DNA of 64,000 nucleotides. Source: Ostrea edulis. Its lineage: Eukaryota. Under the pieces are notes generated by a model. The model worked only from the letters and a program-made list of their open reading frames with translations. It was not told the origin of the DNA and made no database searches. The translations under genes and the position numbers were made by a program. This document shows positions 38,340 to 49,057 of this stretch, in pieces. Location of the stretch: the NCBI RefSeq assembly GCF_947568905.1, contig NC_079173.1:20584001-20648000 (forward strand), given 5' to 3'. Position 1 is the stretch's first letter; each line of letters starts with the position of its first letter.

Positions 38340-39197
38340 GCACAACCATTCAATGTTGCATTTACCGTCCTCCAAAACCAGATAAAGCAGCATTTAGCAA
38401 CAATTTTCATGGTCGGTCGACAAGGCTAGTGATTTATCAACTATTATTGCAATCTTAGGTGATTTAAATGTTGATCTTTTTACGTTAGTTCATCACACAT
38501 TATATAACTCTATTAACAGCATTGGCCTTTCAAACACAATACAAGAGCCCACAAGAATGACTAATGATTGTAGAATACTTATCGACTGAATTCTGGCAAC
38601 TCAAGATTTAACAGTGAACGATTCGTTGATCGACTGCTCAATGACCACAATGCAACTTATGTATACATTCAACATGTTTATAAAAACATAAATGTGTCGT
38701 ATAAACGAAACGTTTGGATCTATAAGAATGCAGATTTTGATAAACTTAACAATCTGATTAAAACTTACAAATGAGAAACAATTTCATCTGTGTTTGAATG
38801 TATTGATTCAATAACAGCCATTTTCACTCAACAGTCCATGTAAAATATTTAAAAAAGTATACCTGGAAAAAAATAAACCCGTCACGATCAGACCTAACGA
38901 CAAATCCTGGATAGACTGACTCACAATTAGCCAAACACATACATACACGTAAAAGATTAAGAGAGGAGGGAAAATCAGATTTCACAATTTTCAAGAAATT
39001 CAGAAATAAAGTTAACAATATAAAGAAATATGCTATTTCAAACTATCACGACAGCATAGATTTAAATGATGCTGGTAGGAATAATAATATAATGTATTGG
39101 AAATATGTTGAAAGATATTTTCCATTCCGAACCCGAGACTGAAATACCTCCCATTCAATACACGGATGACGATGGCAACGCATCACTGGCATATTAC
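38340..39197 (+). mobile_element. Degraded CR1/L2-type LINE ORF2, APE endonuclease and linker
   Basis: Interrupted reading gives IYRPP, ILGDLNVD, QEPTRMT..ILID, VWIYKNADFDKLN, VTIRPNDKSW. Confidence 0.75.
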
Positions 39198-40643
39198 TTA
39201 AGGTATTACATGCATAATGAGCTGTATGCAGGATTCAAAAATCAAGTTTCTTTTCATAAATGACATATCAAAGTACATAAATTGTGAAAGTTTCATGAGT
39301 TTTCATCCACAGGAATTTGAGATATATCAAATAATAGATCAGCGGCTTAAAAGACGAAAAGAAGCAAATGGTACATGTAAAAAATCTATATTATGAGAAT
39401 TAAAAATGAAAAAAGACATCAATGTGACTGTGATAAAGCTTAGAAACCATAAAAGACTGAATTGATACATCAATTTTACTGAAACAATAGAGTAAATCCT
39501 GTAAAAATGGTTGAAATTGATATACTACCGAGAAAAAGCATATACAGATTGAAAATGTCATGTCATATTTTTTTCCTTAAAAATCTTTGTTAACTGAAGG
39601 AAACCAAATTAAATGAGTATAAAAATTCAATGAGTATTTGTACTTGATAAAAAAGTAAGAAAATAAAAAATTTATCCACAGAAAAGAGAGAAATTCAGTT
39701 TTCCATAAGCCTACCCCCTTATTTTTTTCTTTGGCGGACATTACTAAAAGCATAAAAAATGTATTTTTGCTCATTTTTAACTAAAACCTAACACATATTT
39801 ATGAATTAAACTTAATAATTGATTAATTGCAATTTCTTGTGGCTAATTTTTCCTTCAAAGCAATGACCTTGACAAATTTAAATTGACCTTCATCACATAA
39901 CGGTGCCAATTTAGAGCTTTTGATTTAATAAAAAAAAAATTATGTAAAATTTATGGTTTAAAAGTCTTAACCACATAGAGATGATATAGTTCAATAATGT
40001 TAATATTTCCTTAACCCTCTAATTAATCTTTAAAAAAAACCACATAATTGTATCTATCAATTAAAATGGCCTTGAATTAATTTTTGCAGGAGCCACGACC
40101 AAAAAAAAAAATATCTCATGCATTTCTTCAATGCAGAAAACATCTTGTATAACCAAGTTGTGTTGTTTACACGTGTAAATGTAAATGTAAATATGAATAT
40201 ATTTGCATTCCATAAATAAATACTGTACATGCAGTTTTATTTCAAAGATTGACCCTGACATGACCGAAAAAGAACTCTCTACTTTCAGCTTATCTCCGAG
40301 TGCAATTTGCAACCAATTAAATAATAATTACATAATAATAAATATAATAACAACATATGATGAAATTGTAATCATGATTCTTGATATTGCATGAATTATA
40401 CAAGCTCAGCAAAAACATCTCAAATTAACTACATGCATATCAAAATTGGTATGAACATTGACTTTGACACAACTCTGTGTGTGAATTAGATAATTTGATG
40501 TGTGAGCAAAAATAAATATTTCTGAAGTGTCATAGTATTCATGAAATAATTCCCAAGAGGCATGTTCAACTATTAAACAAATCTACAAATACATAATTTT
40601 AAGAATCACTTTAAAGCTTGAACAAGTTTGGGAATCACTTCCT

Positions 40644-42352
40644 CTAGTGGGTTTTTTGGTTTTTGTTTTTGTTTTTTTTTGTATTTGTAACACGGGGCTG
40701 TCCATCACTGTTTTTACAAACAAACGTATTATAAAGCCCATCTTCCCCATCTCGTTGAAAAAAAATTCTGAGATGAGAGATATTAAGTCCTGAACCTGCA
40801 ATTTTTTCAGCTATAGTGATCCTGAAAACTCCTTTTCCAATAAGAGGATGTTGTGAAGGCAAGTTGGATGCTTTCACCTTGTTGTACTTTAGCTGGTTGC
40901 AAACTGGGCTTGGTGGAAAACTGAAAGTAGAAAGTTCCTTTTCGGTCATCTTTTAGTGTGAAACAAGGTCCACAAGTATATTCACGTCCTCTTCAGCATC
41001 ATGTGCTCCATACGTAGCATTCAAAAGGGATTTAGCAAGTTCTTCCTGTTTGTAAGATGATAAACGGGGGTATTTTTTCTTGAAGACGGCCAAGCTATCG
41101 ATGAGTCCTATTACACAATCCATGAATCTGCCCACACTACCGATACTGCTCAATGCAGACAGGAACACAGGGTAATCAAACGTCTTTCCATTGTGGGCAA
41201 CTAGAAACACATGCGGATACTGGGCTAGCCAATCGCATAACTTGGTAACAGCAGAACTCAAGGTCTTTGGTTCCACATGTTTTCCACGAACAGTCATTGT
41301 GCCGCTGTCGTTGTACACAATCCCTGTGATATCTTGGGCTGCAGATGATATAGGCATTTTTGGAATGACGTAAGCAGAAAAGCTGTCATTGGTTCCAATG
41401 GTCTTGACAGCAATCTGGTTAATATGAGGCATCCTTCCTCCTCGAACTGTAATCAAAAAACAAAAAAAAATTGCTATTTTGACGACAAACTCGAATAACA
41501 AGATGAACTCACAAACTGCAAAGAAATTTAGGTTTGCAATAATTGATGCCTCTGAATTATTTCTTATTTTGAAAAACAAACTTGTATACAAGAGAAAATG
41601 CACTATTTTTTTTCCCGTGTGGCGCAACGGTTAGAGCGGCAGCGTAAGATCAGATCCTTACGTCATGGGTTTGAATCCCGGCGTGGGATGTGGGGACCGG
41701 ACCTCGGATGAGACCACATAAACCGAGGTTCCGTGTCGCAGCAGGTGTGGCACGTAATAGAACCCTCACTGCTAAAAGCCATAAGTGCTAAGCATAGGTC
41801 TAAATGTGCAACCCTGTCACTGGTAATGGTGACAGCCGCCAGATAGATGAAAAATTGCTCAGGCGGCTATAAACAATCAAACAAACAAACAAACCTAGAT
41901 CAGTCGTCTCCAAATCAAATGCGATAAATGTAGAATTCTCAAGGATTGAAACAGCTTTAAAATTCCCACTGGGCACTGCCTCTGGCAACTGTTCCACATC
42001 TAGATTTGAATCAAGTGCTATATCTAAAAGAAAAAAAAGGATTATTTTGATATTGTCTGACAAGCATGATTGCACAGAAAATTTCAACCAATGGCATTCA
42101 TCCATTGTATATAAAAATGTCAAAAAATGAATTGAAAAGTAATTTGTGACTAAATATACCAGACTGATATGATGCACCCTCTAATACTTCATTTGCTCCT
42201 TGTGTTATGACACGTTCCTGTTTCAGGATCAAGCGTCGTCGCTTTGTAGAGGGCAGCTTTGACTTTTCTTGTGAGTGCTTGCGGCGCTTCATCTGATCAT
42301 CAGCATAAGCTTTGGTGAATTTCCCTGGTGAAATTCCTGCATCTTGGTTGAC
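40644..42352 (-). pseudogene. Spliced DEDDh (PML-like/TREX-like) 3'-5' exonuclease with transposase-like basic N-terminal exon; premature stop
   Basis: Phase-compatible exons 42352-42160, 42023-41895 and 41446-40644 with GT-AG junctions. Motifs FDLETT (ExoI), AHNGKTFD (ExoII) and HDAEED (ExoIII). An in-frame TAA at 40953-40955 precedes a further in-frame segment (AEKIAGSGL..HL..RDGEDGL..RVT). Confidence 0.75.
41616..41893 (+). mobile_element. Full-length tRNA-derived SINE in the exonuclease intron
   Basis: A-box tggcgcaacggtt, B-box gtttgaatcc, core cggatgagacc..ccgtgtcgcagcaggtgtggcacg, (CAAA)n tail. Confidence 0.85.
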
Positions 42353-42534
42353 CTTCAATTATACATGTGTACAAATAAACAAAAGATATACTATAACAAA
42401 TTAAATATAAGTATAAAATAATGCAGTTGTTTTATCTACATTATGACTTGGGTGCAATAAAATGGGTGATTCTAAATGTGAAGAAAATCTCCCTAATGTA
42501 GTACATGCCAAACTGTAGTTAAAAGAATTTAAGT

Positions 42535-43470
42535 ATTGATGTGGGGAAAGAATGTTGCATGATTTTTGGTGATTTATCAAAATCCTTTGATAGAGTGTGA
42601 CACAGAGGTCTTCTTTACAAACTTCTTTACAAACTGAAAATGTTATGGAATCTCAGGAAATCTATTAAAAATGATTTAGCAGCTATGTAAGTTACAGATC
42701 ACAAAAAGTAATGTACTGAAACTTATTTCATTATGTAAAGCATACAAATGCAGGTGTACTTCGGGGCTCTGTACTTGGCCCACTTTTATTTCTTTGACTC
42801 ACGTCAACAATATTTCTGAAATTACCCGATCAAGATATAGGGCTCACGGCGAGTGTGACCGGTCGACAGGGTATGCCCATTCCTTTTCATGCAGATGCTA
42901 ATTCCTTACAACAAAGTTCACATGATATGCATCTTATAGAAAGACATGAATATTTTGAATGAATGGGCAGATAAATGACTATGTTTATTCTTAGTAAAAA
43001 CTAAAGCTGTATTTTTACTTTTTAAAAGAATAATAACCAACTTCGTACATTATATTTTTTTAATTCAGAGTCAACTAGAATTTGTTCACGAGCTCGGAAT
43101 TATTCTGTCTTCGAAATTATGCTGGTCTTACTATATTCAATATTGATGACATTGTACACAAAGCATATATGAAAAAAGGAATTCTCAAACGTTTTCTTTG
43201 ACACGATAAACACTTTCTAAAATATTATAGCATATGTAGTTCAATTTTAGTCTGATTATACCGTGCAAGATGCTACAAATATAGCAAGTGCAATTAACAG
43301 CAATGAGAATTATTATGGGTCTCCCAATAATAAATTCAAGAAATTCTTTTTACTTAGAAACAGTGTATGAACCACTTGATGATAGGCGTGATAGGACTAA
43401 TCTTGTAGCCATTTATAAGTTTCGCAACAATTTAGTACTAGTTTACCTGACAAAATATAGTCCCAACTAT
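42535..43470 (+). mobile_element. Degraded CR1/L2-type LINE ORF2, reverse transcriptase part
   Basis: Fragments CMIFGDLSKSFDRV, HRGLLYK, GSVLGPLLF, EWADK, QLTAMRIIMGLP, YLETVYEPLDDRR; interrupted by a family B piece near 42830-42880. Confidence 0.75.
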
Positions 43471-43999
43471 CAAAAATGCCACCTACATTGTATGATTATA
43501 ACACGGCGGGTGTGACTGGTCGACAGGGGATGTTTACTCCTCCAAGGCACCTGATCCCACCTCTGGGCTCTGGTATATCCAGAGATCCGTGTTTGCCCAA
43601 CTATCTATTTTGTATTGCTTGTAAGAGTTATGAGATTAATCACTGTTCGTTATCTTCACCTTTCATATGTAACTCATTTACCTTTTTCCAGAAATATTAA
43701 AACATAGTAAATTCGACCTGCTGAAAGGTTACTGGCAAGTACTACTAACTTAAAAAGCCAAAGAAATTTCTGCATTTATAACTCCTGATGGACTTTTGTA
43801 GTACAAAGTTATGCTTTTGGCGTGGAAAATGCTCCAGCTACCTACCAGAGGTCGATTCACCCCCTTCTCCCTCAAATTTAAGGATGGGAATCCTGCACAT
43901 GAAAGGTGGAGATAATGACCAGTGATCAGTCTCATAACTCCTCCTAGGCACCTGGTCCCACCTCTGGTATATCCAGGGGTCCAACTCTCTATTTTGTAT

Positions 44000-44570
44000 G
44001 CCTTAAAGGAGTTATGAGATGTTGCTTATGTTGACGGCATCTATTCCTTTGTTAGTAAATTTGAGTTTAAGGAACTGGCGGCATGATTCGGAAGGAATTT
44101 CATCCATAACCAACAGTGGATTAAAAACTCTTTGTTAGATAACACCCATAATCGCAGAGTTCATTCTATATCTCCAAGTATGGACTAACTTTGGCTTCTA
44201 TAAATAACGTATTCAAAATAGTAAAGTTTCGTGCAAGCTTGACATCGTGTATACTTGGTCTTATGTGTACGTTAACGTCTTCGTGTATTTGGAAAAAGTC
44301 CCATCTTGCGGACTAGTCACAGTTCATACATTGTGTACAATATCATTGCATCCATATGGAAATGCAGTATTTAGAGTCTTGATCCAATAATTTTCTCGTT
44401 GTCTACGAAAAGAGGTACTTGAAGTTGGATTGTTGGTGTGATGGTAACTTTTTTTCTAGAATCCTGACTCTCATGGATAACATGAAGTGGTCAGGGAAAT
44501 TGAAATGTTGATAGAAAAGTTGGTTACCACCACCGTCTATTTGAAATCTGTGTCCCGGTATTCTTTTATT
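44000..44570 (-). mobile_element. Penelope-like element GIY-YIG endonuclease/linker remnant
   Basis: With frameshifts, the minus strand reads GHRFQIDGGGNQLFYQHFNFPDH..MRVRILEK..RRQRENYWIKTLNTAFPYGCND and later RQFLKLKFTNKGIDAVNISNI. Confidence 0.7.
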
Positions 44571-45854
44571 AATTGAACCCTTAGAACCGCGACCGTTGTG
44601 GCCTTAGGAAAAATTTTTATTCCTAGCAGAGAAAATAAGAAAGGATAATTCATAATTGTAATTACACCCCATTTCTTTTTCTCATTTAACAAAAAAAAAT
44701 TCTTCTATTTTTATTTTCATACAACTCTCACGCAATCACCTATATTACAAATATTATCTTTTATACTTATATGTATGTGTATGCTGATCTATAGCTCTGA
44801 TTATGTGTATGTTGTTCACCTTATATTATATTTCATTATGTATAAAATTGTATATCTGATGTGCCAGATGGCACAAAGAAATAAACTGAACTGAACTGAA
44901 CTGGCCTACTTTCGACCATATAGGTACTGCTCTTGAAACTACTTCGTGAAATACACTCTAAGTGTTACATGTACTCAGCATTGGTTCACTGACTTATTCA
45001 ATGTATAGGTGATCACTCTCTCCCGACCTTCAGCACAAAAAATATTTAAAATATTTTGTATAATTATGTTTTAAATCTATATCTGTTTTCGGGCAAACGT
45101 AAAATTTGTTCTTTTCTTTTCAAATTATATACTTTCTGGTGGTATCGAGACTAACCCGGATCCTATCACAGGTTTATGGTATATTTTCACCCGAACGTCA
45201 GGAGCATTAGACGCAAAGTACAAAAATTATTAAGTACAGTGCTCGACTTCGGTATCCTCAGCAAAGTTCGGTAACTCGCGTTGCATCTGGAAATAGCTAT
45301 TCATATAAATTTCGACTTTTATATTTTGGGGACTTTTCTGATTGGAAATGTTTGGGCAAAGAATTTATTGGGTGCGGTTTCGGTGTCCATGTATCTTCAG
45401 AAACCTGTTCAGAATCACAGTATGGACTTGTTTTATATTCGGTGCACTTTTACTTTGCATAGATGTAGCAAATCAACCAACAACAAAAAACAACAACATG
45501 CTCTTATGTCATTACTTGACAATCGTATTATTTCTGAGGCCATGTGTAAAAAAATATATATCATCTTCTGAACTCAGTTTCAAATGCCCACAGCTGGCAC
45601 ACCGGAGAAGGGGTTCTGATAGAATTTATGAATTACATTTACAGAAACTTTTCAGAGTAAGCAGGCCAAGGGTTACGAAGCGAACATTGATAATGAAGTG
45701 CTGTCTCTAACTTTTTGGAAGAAAGATAACTCGAGATATTGAAGTTTACATACAATCTTTTTCATCCATTATCTTGATTATATATTCAAGAAATTTCATT
45801 TATGAAAATACACATCTGTTTCATATTTGGATGTGTTTACTGATCATAAAAGTT

Positions 45855-46670
45855 AACGGCAAACTAGCAACTCAACTCTATGGCAAACAGGATGACTCCA
45901 ATTTCCCCACCGTCAGTTTCTTTATGTAGCAATATTCCATTATGACCTGCAAATCTGGGTTATGTCGCCCAACTGATTCAATACACGAGAGCATGTTTTG
46001 CGTGCGATCAACTCATAAATCGAAACAGGCTACCAACAAATAAATAAATTAATTTAAATTCAGCATTTTGCAAATCCTATGGCCATTGTGATAACTTTCG
46101 CTTGATGCAAATTTTGCAGTCTTTCATCTGCATTAATAGGAATTTGCTTTTTGTTTAATTTTTTGTTCTGTCTTTTGAAAGATTCATTTTTATTTCATCT
46201 TTCTAAACTTTTTTTGTATACTTTGTAACTTATTTACTGTAAACTGCTATATATTATTTATTTCATTATTATTATATTTTTCCTTATTTTACATTATAAC
46301 AGTTATAGTGCTTTATACAGGGGTTTCAACAGTCTCGATTGAAGGTCAGCATTTCGCAAATTCTGTGGTAGTTATAACGATCTAGTTCGTCAATACAACC
46401 TACCATTGGGTCAAATGCTGTCTGACATGTTTCATACCGATTGTTTGGCCGTTCTTGGCACACTGATTTTGACTACGGATAACTTCGTTTACCTGATCAG
46501 GATATAAGGCTCACGGCGGGTGTGACCGGTCGACCTGGGATGCTTACTCCTCCTAGGCACCTGATCCCACCTCTGGTGTATCCAGTGATCCGTGTTTGCC
46601 CAACTATTTATTTTGTATTGCTTATAGGAGTTATGAGATTTATCACTGTTCGTTATCTTCACATTTCTTA
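45855..46670 (+). mobile_element. Penelope-like RT C-terminal remnant running into the family B end
   Basis: GKLATQLYGKQDD..SNIP..AQLIQYTRAC; GFQQSRL..SAFRKF..YNDLVRQYN; then the B terminus ttatcttcac. Confidence 0.75.
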
Positions 46671-48159
46671 ACAATTCTTATGCTGTTGTTTGAATTTAGT
46701 GCTTAAATTTTATAGTGAAAGGCTTTTGTTTGATTTGTATTTAATTCTTAACTTCTGAAACTGTATATCTATATAGTATGCGTGTAAATATGTATATATG
46801 TGTTTTTGCATGCTTACCTTGTGATATTTGTATTTTATTTTGTCTGTGATAGTCGGTTTAAGAGTTCTGTAGAGCTCATTTTATTTGTTGTTACTTGTAC
46901 ACAGTGCCGACTTTAAATAAAATTTACTTACTTACTTAATACAATTTTTGATTTCGCCGAATATTGTGTAAGGTTTTTTATACCAATTGTTAGGCCGTTC
47001 TTTACATACGAATTATCCGTTTACCTGATCAGGATAGAGAGTTCATGGTGGATGTAACCGGTCGACAGGGGATGCCTACTCCTCCTAGGTTCCTAATCCC
47101 ACCTCTGCTATGTCCAAATAAACGAAATAGACAAAAAATTCTTCTCTTTACGTTTTGTAGTAAAATGCACGGGCACTTGGGGCATGAATCATTATCATTC
47201 CACCCCCATCCTCAACCACCCCACCCCCCACTTTAACACCTTATTTCTCTGATCTGGGATTGGCTTAAATTAGATTAATGAAGATATCCCAGGCAACAAC
47301 ATTGGGAAAGTAAACATTCTCTTTTGTCATTGCCTCACTGGATAATACGCATCAAGTCATCTGAAAGAGAAGGCTATGTAAACTGTGGATGCATCATTTG
47401 CGTAATGACAAGTTGAGGTTCGAGACATTTGTATGAAGAAACGTGTACCGTCTGCCTGGTCTGCGACTCGACTGAACGTCTTCTTTTCTTAATTTCTTCT
47501 TGCGAAAGAACGGGCTCAAATCTACACGGCTTCAAATTGAACTGTTCGTGACTTGTCATGTTTACAGTGATAAAGCGGAACCGACGGCGTGACGTCATAA
47601 ATTAAACTTTGACAATGACCTCTCTCTTAGCGGCGGGTATTTTAAGATATATGATAGATTAATATTAATTTAATCGTTAAGCAAGGCTTCTTGTTGTTAA
47701 AGATTGTCATGTATGATATCAGTAAGTAATACTTTATTCATACAAGCAACAATGTGCTTAGGGTTGCCTTTCCCTTTAAACAACCCGACAAACTGTAGCC
47801 AGTCAGTAGCAAACCTAATGAGTAATAATATACGCATTTTGGTGTTCCTTTGAAATATAAACATATTTGTAATATTTTGTTATAGTAGGCTACTAAAACC
47901 AAGATATGTTCAATTTCCAATGAAGTTCTTTGGGAGGTCAAAGGTCATAACAATAACCCCCAGTTTGAAGCGGAGCAATATATCAGATAAAAACATTCGA
48001 CCAAGATGTAACAAAAATCTCCCATTATCTTTTTTCATAACGAATCCACAACAACATAGTCAGCTATGCCTTGATTCTGCGTCCCGTTCGAAATTCCTCA
48101 ATGTTCAATGCTTTTCATTTCGCCTCAACCGGTTATTTCAATTATACAGTTGGATAAAA

Positions 48160-48660
48160 GGTGAAGATAACGAACAGTGATCAATCTCATAACTCCTATA
48201 AGCAATACAAAATAGAGAGTTGGGAAAACACAGACCCCTGGATATACCAAAGGTGGGATCAGGTGCCTAAAAGGAGTAAGTGGCCCCTGTCGACCGGTCA
48301 CACACGCTGTGAGCCTTATATCTTGATCAGGTAAACGGAGTTATCCGTATTCAAAATCAGTGTACCAAGAACGGCCTAACAATCGGCATCAAACACGTCA
48401 AACAGCAATTGACCCAATGCGAGGTTGTATTGACGAACTAGATCGTTATAACGACCATAGAATCTGCGAAATGCTGACTTCAGTAGAGACTGTTGAAACC
48501 CCTGCACCATCAACTTTGTTTGTCAGTAGCCTGCTTCGATTTAAAAACTGACCAATCGCAGAACAAGCTCTTGCGTATCGAATCAGTTGAGAGATTTAAA
48601 CACCATATGCAGGTGATAATGAAATATTGCTACATAAATATGGAGATATAAACAGGCTCT
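48160..48660 (-). mobile_element. Penelope-like RT C-terminus plus family B terminus
   Basis: Minus strand: PYLCSNISLSPAYGV*ISQLIRYARACSAIGQFLNRSRLLTNK..GFQQSLLKSAFRRFYGRYNDLVRQYNL, followed by the B end. Confidence 0.8.
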
Positions 48661-49057
48661 TTCAAAATGATGGCGAGAGAAATCTTCAATCAAACAATAA
48701 CTAAAATTAATTCAAAGCTCTGCAAGTTCAGCATAACATAAGGATTCTTTTTCTGGATCACCGCGTCGTCATGCTTTACGATGGACTATGGTTAATATCA
48801 TACTTAAAATTGAAAAACACCTGTTTGTCTTAAATGCACATATAAGAAATAAATAACAATTTAAAAATTCATTGGGCTGTGAAGTGGGCCGTCTGGTGGT
48901 TTATAATAGTGTTATCTATTTCTTAAATGAAGATCTACATTTCGGTTAATATTCGCTGTATAATGTTATATTTTGTATGCGTGTCAATTTATTTATTTTT
49001 TAAATAATTCATGTACATTTACATTGATTGGAGGGTTTCTGGGCATCTACAAAAGAA

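Noticed and set aside
41616-41690. tRNA gene
   Set aside because: A/B boxes are present but there is no proper cloverleaf, and the sequence continues into a SINE core and tail.
43885-43901. TGGGAA-N5-CACATG, a PTF1-like composite site
   Set aside because: It lies between retroelement fragments far from the Ptf1a genes, and shows that such matches can arise by chance.
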